Shown one piece after another: positions 37,900 to 52,379 of a stretch of DNA of 64,000 bases (the first letter of the stretch is position 1; every line of letters begins with the position of its first letter). Where the stretch lies: NCBI GenBank assembly GCA_964016885.1, contig OZ024740.1, positions 300,948,001-301,012,000 on the forward strand. The letters are read 5' to 3'. This stretch comes from Eledone cirrhosa (taxonomy: Eukaryota). The position numbers were made by a program, and so were the translations under genes. Below the pieces are notes generated by a model, which had not been told where the DNA came from, did not search any database, and worked only from the letters and a program-made list of their open reading frames with translations.

Positions 37900-38200
37900 A
37901 TGTAAATAGCACAAACCCGGACCCCTCTGCCCATATTGCGGAGGAAAGGAAGATAGTCAAATATCGGAACTTGATCGAGCGCTTCCTCTTGCACCAGTCT
38001 CGGTCGAGTCCTGTGGCGCCTTTGCTCCACGCACAGCTCATTTCCTCGGTAATGTCGGAAAGAGAGTAGCCTGCCTTAGGATGGAAGCCCGTGGTCATCA
38101 GAGCAATTTCCATACAATCTAATTTGACTGAAGGTGCCTGAACTTCATATCGCTTTTCATGTGATTGGTCCAATTCATGTTCAATACCTTGGAGTATATT
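37900..38200 (+). pseudogene. Restriction-like endonuclease fragment of a CRE-like non-LTR retrotransposon
   Basis: AHIAEERKIVKYRNLIERFL / (frameshift) PVSVESCGAFAPRTAHFLGNVGKRVA. Matches the E..K..KY / F.P...E..G motif. Confidence 0.6.
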
Positions 38201-38408
38201 TTAAACGTAGACACCCATGTATGTGTGCTTCAGTGCTTGCTGACCAATGTGCGTTTGGCATATTCTTCACAGTTCCTGCTCTTCTCATACCTTCAAAAGA
38301 TTTCATTAAAGTTGACGGAGAGTAAAATGTTTGTAATCTATGTATGAAGACAAAACAATTGACAGCTTCATTACATCATGAGGCACATACCCGCACACAC
38401 ACATATAC

Positions 38409-39052
<644 letters not shown>

Positions 39053-39057
39053 CGCAC

Positions 39058-39114
<57 letters not shown>

Positions 39115-39121
39115 CATATAC

Positions 39122-39225
<104 letters not shown>

Positions 39226-39234
39226 GTATATGTT

Positions 39235-39301
39235 AGTTTCAGATGATCCCGTTAAGGGTGAAAGCAGCGATTCTTTGCTTAAAATTGAATCTGTTATTTT
39301 A

Positions 39302-39306
<5 letters not shown>
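39235..39306 (+). ncRNA. HHR-like element, CAGAnGA family, copy 1
   Basis: AGUUU-CAGAUGA-U-CCC(GUUAA)GGG-U-GAAA-GCA...UGC-UU-AAAAU, then (AT)n. Confidence 0.65.
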
Positions 39307-39382
<76 letters not shown>

Positions 39383-39417
39383 TAGATAGATAGATAGATA
39401 GATAGAAAGATAGATAT

Positions 39418-39476
<59 letters not shown>

Positions 39477-39682
39477 TGTTTCTTTTATTTGCCACCAGGG
39501 CATCAAAAGTGGGACAAGTACAATGGGGGGAGTTTACAAAACAAGGCGTCCTCAATAAGGAGGAGGCAATAACAATATATAAAAATAAAATAAAATATAA
39601 CAAAAAATAAAATTTATAACAAAGTCCTCAATAGAGAGGAGCACAGAGAAGGGGTGCTCCCTTGGTCTTTCATCTTCCTCAC

Positions 39683-42600
39683 CTATAGTCTGATGTAGAG
39701 TGAAGGCCCATTCACACGGGCCATTCTCGCCACTTTCACCCATCTTTCATAGAAACGGCTGGGGTGCAGCACCTCTCTCTCCATCCTGATCCTTCTTCCG
39801 AAATGATATCGGAAGAAACGGACCAGTTGTTGGTCAGAGAGAAAGGTGTCTGACGTCAGTCCTTTCAGACGCCTCCACCGTACAAACTCTTTCGCCATGG
39901 CTATTACGCACAGAAACACCGCCTCTCCTTCGTTTTTGAAGAGGGGGGGGGGGCTTGATCGTTACAATAGACTCGGTGGTCAACCGGATCGGTCCCACCC
40001 TTGACAGCAGTTATTCGACATAGCACCACAGATCGGCAATGCCCGAGCAGTGTACCAATGCGTGTGCAACGGTTTCCTCGTCGCACACGCATCTGGGACA
40101 GATCTTTTTCGATGGGTCCCTACCCGGGCGCCCGTGTCTGTAGAGCCTTTCTCGAACGGGCAGAGCCCTTCTGTAGCATTGCCAGGCCAGGGACCTCTGG
40201 AAGTTATCCATGGGTCCCGGGCTGAATGTCCTACCGAATAGGTTGGCCAGTTCGTCTTCCTCCGTGCCTAGGGCTTCTCCGAGGGCGTCGTCGCACCTGC
40301 TAACCACCAGCCCTCTATAGAATGACGAGGTGGATTCTCCACTGACAGCCGGGTCCGCCTGCCAGAGAGCCGTGAGCGCCTGGGCACACTCGGTGTGCCA
40401 GGCGCCCAGTTTTCTCGGTCTTAGCTTGACCCAGGATTGCAGCTCGGTGAGTGAGACGAGTCTGGGAAAGGCTCGCTTCACAAACGGGGCCCACACCGGT
40501 TGACCGGAGAGGAATACCTGAAGGTGCCGTAGCCTGAATGCGTGTTTACGTATCATTAGCCACGGCATCCCCAGCCCTCCTTTCGAAGGGTGTTGACAGC
40601 AGATGGATTTCCTCACCATAGGATCCCGCTTCTTCCAAAGGAATTGAAGAGTGCGCGCTCCATTTTGGCGAGCGTTTCCCTTGGGCAAGGCACAACAGTC
40701 AGGCGGTAGTAGATGACGGACGCTATATAAGTGTTCGCCACCTCCGCCCGACCTTTCAGGGACAGTTTGCACTCGGCCCACTTCTGGGTCAGTGCAAACA
40801 CCCTGTTCGTAACCTCACCCCAGTTCTTCTCCACCTGGAGGTCTGGTCCGAACCAGACCCCGAGCAACTTCACCGGGCCCTCCGTCCAGCGCCCGACGAC
40901 GCCATAGGAGGGCATCGATCTGCCCCTCCACGTGCCGAGTTGCAGACCGATCGACTTGTCCCGGTTCAGCTTAGCTCCTGTAAACCTTTCGTACTCCTCC
41001 AGTAAGGTGCCGATCGCCCCGATTTCCGAGGCCGTCGACACCATTACTGTTACGACATCGGCGTAGGCAGACATCGCTTTCCGATTCCTGGTTCCAACGG
41101 GATGCCCTGCAACAACTCCAACTTCCGCAGCAGTGGCTCTAGAGTCATTACATACAGAAGGGAGGAGAGAGGGCACCCCTGTCGGATGGACCGCGCGATT
41201 TCGAACGGCTCCGAGAAGTAGCCGTTCACCTTGACCCTAGAGCAGATCCGGCTGCTGTGCATGGCATTGATCCAGCCCCTGAAAACGGGTCCGAAGCATG
41301 CCGCCGCTAGCACCGCATCCAGGTAACCATGGTCGACCCTATCGAATGCCTTAGATTGATCCAAGTTGATCAGGGCCCCACCAAAGCCGGGTTCGTTCCC
41401 AACCCTCTCTATGATGTATCGCATGAGGTGGAGGTTATCGTGGATGGACCTGGACGGGATAGCACATGTCTGCGCATCTCCCACCAGGTTGCCCACGACA
41501 AGCGCCAACCTCTTTGCTAGCACCTTGGCCAAAATCTGTAACTCTGTATTTAGCAGAGTTATGGGCCTGAAATTATTTATATCGTCCCCCTTGTTCTCGT
41601 CCTTCCTCACTAGCGTGACTACGCCCTTGGTCACAGCACAGGGAATTCTCCCGTTCTGTTGCCAGTTGCAGTAGACCGCCTCGAGAAGTTCGAGGAACAA
41701 GTCCGGCATAGCTAGATATAGTTCGTATGGAAGACCATCGAGACCCGGGGATTTGCGTTTGCCGCATTGGCTCAGCACGTCCTCTATCTCAGCGGCTGAA
41801 ATCGGCTCCTCGCAGGACTTCGCCTCCCTGTCCGAGAGACGCGGCAGGCCGTCGAGGTATGGACCGAAGTCCACGTCCCCAACCGGCCACCCACCCCTTC
41901 CGAACAATCCGGCAAAGTGCTTTTAAAAAGCCTCGCACATCTGCTTAGGTTCAAGGATCACCCGTCCATCCTGGTCTCGCAAAGACCGGATAGTGGATCG
42001 GCTCCCTCTTTTGGCTTCTGTCACGCGGGCCCAGCTAACAGCTTTGGTCCCCTCGTTTCCCAGAGCACGTATTTTGCTTCGGACGATGCAGCCTTAGTGT
42101 TTCGCGTCGAATAACTGGCCCAGGGCCGTTCTCGACGCTAGCGCTCTGGCCACGTCGCCGCTTCTAATTGCCTCTTCTACACTATATACCAACTCCTTTT
42201 CCTTCCTATTTCTATTGGAGGCTAATTCGTTACTAAATTCTATAGAGACTTCTCTAATCTCTCTTTTGAGAGATCCCCACCACCTGCTGTTGACCATGGC
42301 GCCCGTCAACGGCTCCTTAACTAAAGTGCTAATACGGTCCCTGTAAGCCTTACATGCCGGTAAGGACAAGTTGAGCTTCCAGTAACCGGGTCCCTGTCTA
42401 TGAGTTCTGTCAAGGTTGATCATGCAGGTCACTAACTTGTGGTCTGAATAGCCAACCATGCGCATTTTTGGACAACTTAAAAAGTCCTTATCCTTAATTC
42501 TAACTAAGAACCTATCTAGGTACGACCTAGATGATCCGCTACGATTTGCCCAAGTCCAGGTTGGCGCAGTCGGAAAATCTAGTCGATATCTATCGGCCAG

Positions 42601-43119
42601 GTCAAATCGACCGATTAACCCTTTGAGGCTATTACACCCGTCTCTATCGGGACAGGCCCCTACGTAGTCCCAGCGTGCATCTAGGATACCATTCCAGTCC
42701 CCCACTAATAGCAAGGAGCGGGACGTCCCTAGAAAAGTCTCCAGACGATGGAAGAAGTCCGGCCGCATTAACCCGAAAGGGCCGTAGGCGGCTACCAACC
42801 TAAACGCTCCGCCTTTACCACTGCCAAGGTCCAGAACCACTAGTCGACCCTCCGGGTTCAAATGTACCATCTGTGGTGCGAGACCCAGATGTTTTTGCAG
42901 CAGAACGACAACTCCACCCCCACCTCCGGGCTGACAGAGAGATGCGTGCATCTCAAAGTCATCAAAGGTGGAGGCCAGCTGTCGCACGTTGCTGATCCGG
43001 GCCTCGCAAATAACCATCACATCTATACGTTGTGACCTGAGGTCATTTAGAAGCATTGCTTGCTTCCAAGTTGAGCCCAGGCCACGCGCATTTAAACAGC
43101 CTACTCTTAGCATAGCCAT
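39683..43119 (-). pseudogene. Tx1 ORF2 (APE endonuclease + reverse transcriptase), frameshifted
   Basis: GCLNARGL, GDWN, YLDRFL, SDHK (APE). KSPGLDG, FRPITLLN, LDQSKAFDRVDH, RQGCPLS, AYADVVT (RT; YADD altered). CPRC...ETVAHALVHC. At least four frameshifts. Confidence 0.92.
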
Positions 43120-43143
43120 GTTGGTGGTGAAGAGAAAAGGCAC

Positions 43144-44936
43144 TTACCTCTCTGCGTCCCGGGTATCGGGCTGCACAATTTCCATTAGGGTGGGGGATGG
43201 GTTGTTGGATGGGGTGGTGGTTTGTGGAAGTGTAGGGGCATCAGTGTGTTGTGTGGTTGGGGAGCTTGGAGTTGTGTGGGTGTTTTGGGAGGGGGTGGGG
43301 TAGTTTTTTAGGAGGACGCGGTTAATGGTCCCGACGCAGGGAGGACCCACGTCCTCTTTAAAATTGTTTTTTAAAGTTTTATAGGTGTCCTGTGGGGCCT
43401 TAATCATTTTGAGGTGGGGGAAATCCCCTGCCTGGGTGAAGTTAGGCCCTTGTGTTTTTATTAGATTGTTGTTGTACACAATGTTTAACAGTTTTTTGTT
43501 TCTTGTGTTTATGTATGTGCATGCATGTTTTTGTTTTTGTGTGGTGTTTTTTGTTTGCTGTTGTTGTGAGCTCTTTTGTGTTGGTGTCAGTGTTATGTTT
43601 TGGGGAGAGGTTGTTTTCATTTGTGTGTCTGAGGTGTGTTTTCTTTTTTTTCTTTTGATTGTGTGGAAGTGCTCCTCCTCGTCTGACGACGAACGAGGGT
43701 CATCTTCCGCGTTGGAGGGGAGGGGCATATTTTCGGGTTGTGTTTGCGGTGCGGGTGTTTTGGAAATTGTTTTTGTTTTTTGAGTGGAGGGGATGGGTTG
43801 GACATTGTTTTGTTTTGGTTTGAGCTGTGGTTGTTGTTTTTGTAGTGGTAGTTGTGGTGATTGTGTTGGTTGTGCAGTTGTTGGTGGTGTAGGCAGGATT
43901 GGGGTTTTCTTATTAAGTTGGGGACAGACAGCCCTCAGGTGACCTCTGGTTCCGCAGAGGTAACACGAGGGCCGTCTACACTCAAGGGTAATGTTGATGA
44001 AGGTTAGATCATCCAGTATGACGCGTTCAGGGATCTGGGCGATCCTTTAGGGCCTCATTTGAACTACAAGTTCGAGGCTCGTTCCACTGAACGCGTCACC
44101 CGATGCCTTTCCCATGGACAGCAGCATGTCATCCTCCAGGTCCAGGAAGCCCGTCAAAACCAACCATATGTCCATAATCGGCAGGATGGTGTGGATTTTT
44201 ATTCTTTGTGTTCTTCTACCCATGTACGTAGGGTAGAAGGTGTATGCGGTGGATGTGATTGGTTTGATGGACAGTTTCACTGCTGTGTCCCTGTCCTTCA
44301 TGAGAATGGATAGACTCCCGTAGAGTCTATCCCCTGAATGAAGGTGATGTCCTTCATGACGTCTTTTAAAACCAGCTCTATCTCACTCTGTGATGGTTGA
44401 GCTGGTTTTTTACTTTTATTTGAGATTGTCCTAAACATGACCGTGTTTAGGAGTCTCTGGCTTTTTAGTTCCGGGGGGGAATGGATTGTGAATGAACCAT
44501 TTTCCCCGTACACTATATATTTTTTCGCATCTGCCAGTAGCTCCTTCGCTTTGGTTATATCTACTGGCAGATAGTCGAGGGTTTTCCTTGTCGTCTCGGC
44601 GAAGGAAATATTTTGTTTGTTTGTGTTGTTGTTGTCGTTGGTGGTGTTGTTGTTATCATTGTTGTTGTTGTCACAGTTATTGGTCTTGTTGTTGTTGTTA
44701 TTGTTATTGGTATTGTTTTCGTCCGTCACATTGTTGTTGTTGTTGCTGTTGCTGGTGCCGCTGGTTCTTTGGGTTGTTGCCATGGCGACGTCAAGTTGTC
44801 GGTTAACAGGTGGAGAGAATTCTTCCTCTGGCTGACCTTTCTTCTTGACCTCTGCTACTGTGACAGTGGCAGGGGGAAGCTGTAAGTTTATCTTCCCATT
44901 TCCTCCTTCGAATTTTGGTGAAGAAGCTTCGGCCAT
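43144..44936 (-). pseudogene. Tx1 ORF1 (gag-like), frameshifted
   Basis: Starts MAEASSPK at 44936. Asn-rich and Thr/Pro/Gln-rich low-complexity segments. Zinc knuckle CYLCGTRGHLRAVC at about 43926-43967. Split over several ORFs. Confidence 0.8.
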
Positions 44937-45159
44937 TAAAAAAAATATTGACTTTTCAACAAGAAAAACATTTTTTTTTTTTTGTTTAACTATTTCGCCT
45001 AAAGGCGTAGAATATTTTGAGAGACTGACCAGATCAAAGTTTGACCTGGCAGTCCCTCTACAAAATGGTACAAAAATGAAAGTTCACAGTTTACAATTTC
45101 CGGATGAATTTAAACAAAACTTACCGAGCGAGCTCAGCACATGTGTCCATCGTAAAGAG

Positions 45160-45190
<31 letters not shown>

Positions 45191-45191
<1 letters not shown>

Positions 45192-45979
45192 TACTTTATT
45201 AGCCACAAAGGCGCAACAACAAAGGGGACAATACAAAGACATGCCGGGGATTTTACATACAGTCGTGTAAAAAATATAAAAACAAACAATTTCAACAATC
45301 GAAATCCCCAATAGGGGGGAGGCGCCACAAATGGGTTGTTTAATACCCCGTCGATAGAACAACCCTCAACTCGAGGAGCGTGTTGTGCAAGTGCTCCTTT
45401 CTTCGCTTTTCTCTCTTCCTCAACCTACAGGCTTATAAACAGAGAAGGCCCAATCACTCGGGCCATTTTCGCTTCATTCACACACCTTTCAGTAAGTTTA
45501 CTGGGGTGCAGTGCCTTTCTCTCCACCCTGATTCTCCTTCTAAAGTGATACTTAAAGAAGGGAATCAATTGTTGTCCGGAGAGAAAGGCATCTGTCCTCA
45601 GTCCTCTCAACCTCGTCCACCATATAACTTCTTTCACCATAGCCACCGTACAGAGGAAAACCGCCTCTCTTTCGTTTTTGAAAGAGTCTGGCGGTTTGAT
45701 CCTTACTATGGACTCGGCAGTCAACTGTATTTGTCCCATACGCGACAGCAGTTGTTCTGCATAGTTCCACAGGTCGCTTACGCCCGGGCAGTGTACAATT
45801 GCGTGCAGAACTGTTTCAATGTCCTGCGCACATCTTGGACACGTCCTCTTGGAAGGATCCCTGCCAGGGCGTCCGTGCCTGTAGATCTTGTCACGAACCG
45901 GTAGAGCTCCTCGGTAGCACTGCCAGGCCAGGGACCTCTGGAAGTTGTCCATAGGTCCCGGGCGGAAAGTCCTACCAAA
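45191..45979 (-). mobile_element. 5'-truncated second Tx1 copy (diverged sister subfamily)
   Basis: FGRTFRPGPMDNFQRSLAWQCYRGALPVRD...CPRCAQDIETVLHAIVHC is homologous to the 3' end of the element at 39478-45158. (GATA)n on both sides. Confidence 0.9.
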
Positions 45980-46999
45980 GATAGATAGATAGATAGATAA
46001 ATAGATAGATGCATACATACAGAGAGAGAGAAAGTGAGAGAGAGAAACATAATTGGGAATGAGGAGATAAAGCTGTTCAAATTACTCTTTGACACATATA
46101 CTCACACACATTGATACAAAGTCAATCACATTAACATGAACGCAGGTACAACTTTTTATATTTAACAGTTTTTCGACATGTTAACTAAATTCCTTTCACT
46201 ATTAATAACTTTGATTAACGCCAAATTGACGACACAGGAATCAAGAGTACAGATTAGACTTATATCGTATAGATTCTGTCGCTAGTAACCACAGCACAGT
46301 TAATCATGGTGAAGATATTCATCGTCGCACAAAACATGTTTAATTAGCAGTCAAGTTTTTACCAGTTAACTAATCAGTATTTACAGAAATGGATTTTTCA
46401 GGAACACATTCTTTCATACATACACATATGTGTATGCATATAAGTACTCACATTGTACACACCTATACACAAACAGACACAAGCTCACACATTTATATAT
46501 GTGTATATATATATATATAAGAAAGGAAAGCATGTGAAGTGGAAACAGTTCAGAGCGAGGCACAGAGAGGGAGAGGGAGGGGAGGGGGGATAGAAAGAGA
46601 GAGAGGTAAGAGAGAAAGAAAATAAAGTTTGCTTGTATATATATATACACACATACACATACATACATACATACATACATACATACATACATACATACAT
46701 ACATACATACATACATACATACATGCATACATGCATACATATATATATATGTGTTTGCGTGTGTGTGTGTATGTATGTATACATATATATTCTTCTTCTT
46801 TTCCCCTTCATACATATACATATATATATATATATATACACACATATATATATAGAGAGAGAGCGAACGAGAAAGAGAAAAAGAGAGGGGAGAGAGATAG
46901 ATAGAGAGAGAGTGAGAGGGTCAGAGAGCCAGTGGGGATGGAGTTCGTACAGATATGTCTAAACACAGACACACACACATGCGTTGTTTAAGGAGGGGT

Positions 47000-47380
47000 G
47001 ATATGTGTTGGTGATGGTGATGGTTTTGTAAGTATAGCGATGTGTCTGGTGGTAGTGATGGTGGTTGTACATGACATTTGCAGGGTCGAATTTTACGATG
47101 GATTACAGGTTAAAAAGTGACATTGGGAACACGGGGTACTGGACTGAGGGGTGGTTGACGTATGGCGATGTGTTTGGTGGTGGTAGTGGTGGTGGTGGCG
47201 GTGGTGGGGATGATTTGTTCGACATCATATTTACAGGATCGGAGTTTATGATGGGTTACAAGTTAATACTTGACAGAGAAGACTCATAGAACACAATAGT
47301 ATTGAGATGAGGGATGTATGGCGAAGTGTTTGTTGCTGATGTTGGTGGGGGTGAAGGATGCGACATGATATTTACAAGAT
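47000..47380 (+). repeat. Degenerate 130-150 bp tandem repeat, about 3 copies
   Basis: Repeated GCGATGTGT.TGGTGGT...ACAT.A.ATTT.CAGG.TCG.A.TTTA.GATGG.TTACA.GTTAA.A.T.GACA. Confidence 0.7.
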
Positions 47381-47384
47381 AATT

Positions 47385-47570
47385 GTTTCTACTTTAGGCA
47401 TAAGGCCAGCAATTACCCAGTACATTACTGGTACTTTATTTTATCGACCCCGTAAGGATGAAAGGCAAAGTTAACCTCGGCGGGATTTGAACTCAGACTG
47501 TAAAGGGACGTAACTATGCTAGAAAGCATGGCGTCCGACCCTCTACCGATACTGCCAATCCACCGCCCTT
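47385..47570 (-). mobile_element. Near-complete tRNA/CORE-type SINE (a partial tandem duplicate follows at 47725-47856)
   Basis: Head GGCGGTGGATTGGCAGTATCGGTAGAG, B-box GAGTTCAAATCCC, CORE-like GCCTTTCATCCTTACGGGGTCGATAAAATAAAGTACCAGT. Confidence 0.8.
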
Positions 47571-47991
47571 TACAAGATAATGACGTATTATCTTCGTTTT
47601 TTCCGTTCACTACCAGGGAACGTCTCCACCAACCACCTAATAGAATATTAGTCTACGACTTCATTTATACCATAAACGTGGTTTTCTCTTTGCGTGTAAT
47701 TGTTTTCACCGCTCCAAATAATTGTTACTATTTTTAGCACAAGGCCAGCAATTATCCAGTCCATTACTGGTACTTTATTTTATCGACCCCGTAAGGATGA
47801 AAGTCAAAGTTAACTTCGGCGGGATTTGAACTCAGACCATAAAGGGCCGTAACTATTTGCTGCCAAGAAATAATGACGTATTATCTTCGTTTTTTTCCGT
47901 TCTTTGCCAGGGAACGTCTCCACGAATCAAAGTATCGTCTTACTGTCTTCCTTCGATTGCACCGTTTTTCGAAATATTTACTCCTGTGTTC

Positions 47992-48067
47992 ACAGATTTA
48001 ATTTTTAAGTTTCAGAAGATCCCGTTAAGGGTGAAAGCACCGATTATTTGCTTAAACTTTAATCTGT
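47992..48067 (+). ncRNA. HHR-like element, CAGAnGA family, copy 2 (best preserved)
   Basis: ACAGAUU-(loop)-AAGUUU-CAGAAGA-U-CCC(GUUAA)GGG-U-GAAA-GCA(9 nt)UGC-UU-AAACUU-U-AAUCUGU, then (AT)n. Confidence 0.7.
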
Positions 48068-48102
48068 TATTTTAATAAATTAATATATAAATATATATAT
48101 TT

Positions 48103-48166
<64 letters not shown>

Positions 48167-48183
48167 TGTACACTTTAACTTAG

Positions 48184-48235
<52 letters not shown>

Positions 48236-48735
48236 GGTCATTTTGGAAGCCTCAACAATGCAGATGGGTAAAACTCCAGGTAATAGAATTCTGTGGTGAA
48301 GAGAGAGATGTAAGAGGAAATGTAGAATGAGGCGTATAGTGTGTAGAGGAATGTAGGAAAGAGTGAAAAAATAATAACACGAGATAGATTTACCTAGGTA
48401 CCTCACAAACTGTGGACAACAGAGGCCAAGTACCGTTCCTCTCCGACTAAAAACTTTCCCCCTCGGAAAAACCCCTAGTTGATGGGTGCGAAATCCGAAA
48501 TATAGGGACAATTAAATCTCTTCCAAGGTAATTCTATCTCGTGTTATTATTTGTACACTATTTCCTACGTTCCTCTACACACTATACGTCTCATTCTACA
48601 TTTCCTCTTACTTCTCTCTCTTCACCACCGGAATCTGTTACCCGGAGATTTACCCATCTGCATTGTTGAGGCTACCAAAACGACCACATTTTTTTTATTA
48701 TTCCACAATGCTTCAAGCAAACATCACTACTCTCT
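48236..48735. mobile_element. Fold-back PLE-type insertion; HHR-like motif in the spacer (48472-48507)
   Basis: Arms about 48236-48396 and 48525-48686, tail to 48735. Spacer contains CCC-CUAGUUGA-U-GG(9 nt)CC-GAAA-UA-UA-GGG, then AUUAAA. Confidence 0.75.
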
Positions 48736-48754
48736 TATATATATATATATATAT

Positions 48755-49087
<333 letters not shown>

Positions 49088-49439
49088 ATGTGTGTGTAGT
49101 ATATGTATATGTCAGTGTTGCTGCGTCTGCCTGTTTGTATGTAAATGAATGTGTGTATATAAACATGAAGGAAAAGTAGATTGAAGGTGAAAAGGAAAAG
49201 CATATACAAATATAAATTTTGCTTGCACAAGTGTTTAGGTGATATGGGATGAATTCTTAATATTTGCGTGCCAAAATATGTATTACTGAAATTTATAAAT
49301 TTTCACTGCTTTTATGTTGGAGCTTCGATATCTATAAATACAACTGCTTGCGTGTACATTCATAAAGCATATTGTTAATGGCACGATAAACCTTAGGAAC
49401 AAGAGAATTTATTAAGAGATAGAAATGCAGGGGAAAATA

Positions 49440-50560
49440 ATGACTACAACGGTTACCGAGCTGATACTGGATGGGTTTTGATGTTGGTGCTGTTGGTACT
49501 GCCGTTGGTGGAGCTGGATGTGGTGTTGCTGTCGGTGCTGGTGTTGATGATATTAGGGTTGGTGGTCTTCGCCACGGTGTTGGCAGCAATGAAGGTTTGC
49601 GGCCCATTGACGTTTTGAGTTGGGGGCAAAAGACTCGCAGGTGTGTGGTCTCTTCGCAGACGAAACAATGCAGCCTTTTCCCCTCAGTGGTCACTTGTAT
49701 TGCCGTCGCATCTGGTAGGCAGACGGGATCTAGTATGCCTTTCATATCTTCTGGTGTGATTCGGATAGGAGTCTCCAAATTCACCCTAAACCAGTCCTCT
49801 GGAGATAGTTTCATGAGTATCTTCCTCCATGCCTGTGCCAAATGTTGTTGTTTATCAGTTAGGTGATGTGGAAACATGGCCTTTACTTAGCTGCAGCAGC
49901 AGCAAATGTGTTGTTGCTGTTGTTGCAGTTGTTACTGTTTCGCTGGTTGTATCAATGTTTATATTGTTGTTGTTGTTCACATTGTTTTTCAACTTGCTTA
50001 TGTTGCTGTTGTTACCGGTGGTGGTAGTGTCATTGTTCGTTTTGTTGTTGTTGTTGACGTTATTGCTGATTTTCCTACTTGTTTCTGTTATAGTTGAACC
50101 CGTCACTGCTGTTGTTGTGGTAGTGGCAGTGGAGGTGGTGGTGTTTACAACATAGTTGTTATTTTTTTGTTTCAAATACCGAAGCTAATAATGTAGGAAA
50201 TGTTTTACCTAGTTTTATTTACATTTTCCTTTGCCAGGCTGTTACTGTTGGTGTTCTTGTCGTCAGTGAGTTGTCTGTCTTCGTAGTAGTAGCGCTGCTC
50301 ATGTCTATGGTGGGAATAGAGATGAATTCCAACGTTACGTTTGTCAGTGACAGCTTGGTGAACGTTTCAGAGTGCACTTCATGTCATTTTAACCGAACTT
50401 GGTCGGTCAAATATACTGTTATCAGTTCGTGCAATACATTAAACAAACTCCAGAGTGGTCACACATATCTTCCTCCGAGGGACGTTTTTTCAATAACAGT
50501 CGCCAAATTATTTATCCTATTCTTCGTAAAATTCAAATTCAAAATGGTTAGTTAAACATT
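49440..50560 (-). pseudogene. Old Tx1-type ORF1 fragment
   Basis: CCHC knuckle CFVCEETTHLRVFCP preceded by LPDATAIQVTTEGKR. The Asn/Thr-rich tract resembles ORF1 at 43.1-44.9 kb. Confidence 0.65.
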
Positions 50561-51199
50561 TTGAGGAGGAATTGAGAGTAGCAGAGGTCAAGCTATCCAT
50601 AACGCTACAGAAAGTAGCAGAACCTACAACCCTACCTTGTCGATTCAACAAATTAATACCATAGAGTGTAGTCTTTATAAAAATAACGAAAACAAGAAAA
50701 CAACAACTGCAACAGAAATAGGAATATCACAAACAACTTAGAAAGTAAAAATAATAATTACGATAATCTCACTTTGACTATCCCTTTTTTATGGCAATGA
50801 CAAAAATGACAACAACAATTTCAAGGGGAAAGCCGCCACCAGTCTATGTATAGACAAGACCTGTTGAACTTCAACAGGGCAAAATAAGCAGAAGTACTCA
50901 CGTGACAATACAAAAGAAGAAAAACGACAAAGAGCCGCAATGTCAACATCACCATCACTACCAACAGCACCAGCACTACCACCGACACTACCAGCACACC
51001 ATCAACAAGGACACCACCACCACCACCACCGCCAACACTACCACCGCCACAACCAACACCAACAACAACACCCCCGCCAGCACCAACATAACTACCATCA
51101 AGGCCACCAAAATTATGACGAGGTAAAAACGATGAAGTACTAACTGTGAAGATGTAAAATTAGGTGACTGACGATGGGTCATTGAAAGCGTTAATTAAA

Positions 51200-52370
51200 T
51201 TGAATATGTAGAAAAGGAGTGTAACTAGATTGATTATCAACATATAGTTATGGGAGAACTGAAGCAATGAATTAAATCTGAATATAGTCGGATTAGGAAC
51301 TATATAAATAGACAAAAACAATACGAAGTGTTCCCTCAGAAGCAGAATATGCTCTTTAGAACTGTCTGGAGAAATGGTACAGGTATTGCACCTAATACTG
51401 AAGATTCCACACAATTATGGACATATCAATGGGGAACGCAAAATAGCATAAAAGATTTGAGATAGAGAGATGTATTTGAGCATAATCGAATGTGCTAAAC
51501 AGAAATGGGGAAGACATTCAAAGGAAGACATTGAGGAGCAAGTTAGGGAACTGCCAAACAGGAAATCTCCTGGAACGGATGGGATCCAAGGATTCTGATT
51601 GAAGTTGTATAACAGCGTTCATTCAAGGCCAAGAAACCACCTAAATGATTGTGCAGAATATGGAGGATTTCCAATATGGAAGGTTGACGAAAAGACAACT
51701 TTGATAATATAGAATGAAAAGAAAAGTCCGTTACTTGGAAATTACAGGCTGATTGCATGCTATAATTTGCTTTGAAAGCTGTTGCCAGGTATCTTAGCTG
51801 CAAAGTTGTGTATGCTCCCTTACCTGCAGAAGAGGTGTAAGAAACATTTCCAGGGAACAAAGTACCTACCAAAGCAATCATGTTTAACTGCAAAATATGT
51901 CTATCTAATTTATGCATGGGCTGGATAGACTCTAAGAAAACGTTGAACTGGTCTCATATTCAAGGATACAGCAAGTTTTGAGGATGTTTGCAATGGCACA
52001 CAATTTTCTTAATGTAATGGAGTCTAGTATACCTTTGTGGAAGATAAACTTCTATGGAGGCAACAAGAGACACCTAGGTGTGCTAAATATAAAAAAGAGG
52101 AATATTTCAAGGAGATTCCTTCTCACCATTGTTGATTCTGGTTGCCATGCATTAGCTATGAGATAGATAACAGAGGACATATGATCATCATCTACAGGAT
52201 GATATGAAGTTGTTTGGCAGCAATGAATCTCCGGTTGATTCACTGCTCAAAATTGTCTACTGGGGTTGCGGGGACATTGGAATAGAGTTTACTATCGCAA
52301 ACTGATTATAAAGAGAGATAGGCCGGGACATAATGGTCGAATTGATTCACCTGGAAGAGAATCGATTGGC
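51200..52370 (+). pseudogene. Decayed RT of an R4/Dong-like non-LTR retrotransposon
   Basis: KSPGTDGIQGF*LKLY, GNYRLIAC, NLCMGWIDSKK, (I)KRGIFQGDSFSPLL, DIGIEF, read across frameshifts. Confidence 0.65.
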
Positions 52371-52379
52371 AACACCACA

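Larger units (their letters stand above)
39478..45158 (-). mobile_element. Near-full-length Tx1/L1-clade LINE inserted in (GATA)n/(ATCT)n
   Basis: ORF1 with a CCHC knuckle and ORF2 with APE, RT and C-terminal zinc motif. (TAGA)n flanks at about 39380-39477 and 45159-45190. AATAAA near the 3' end, no poly(A). Confidence 0.92.
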
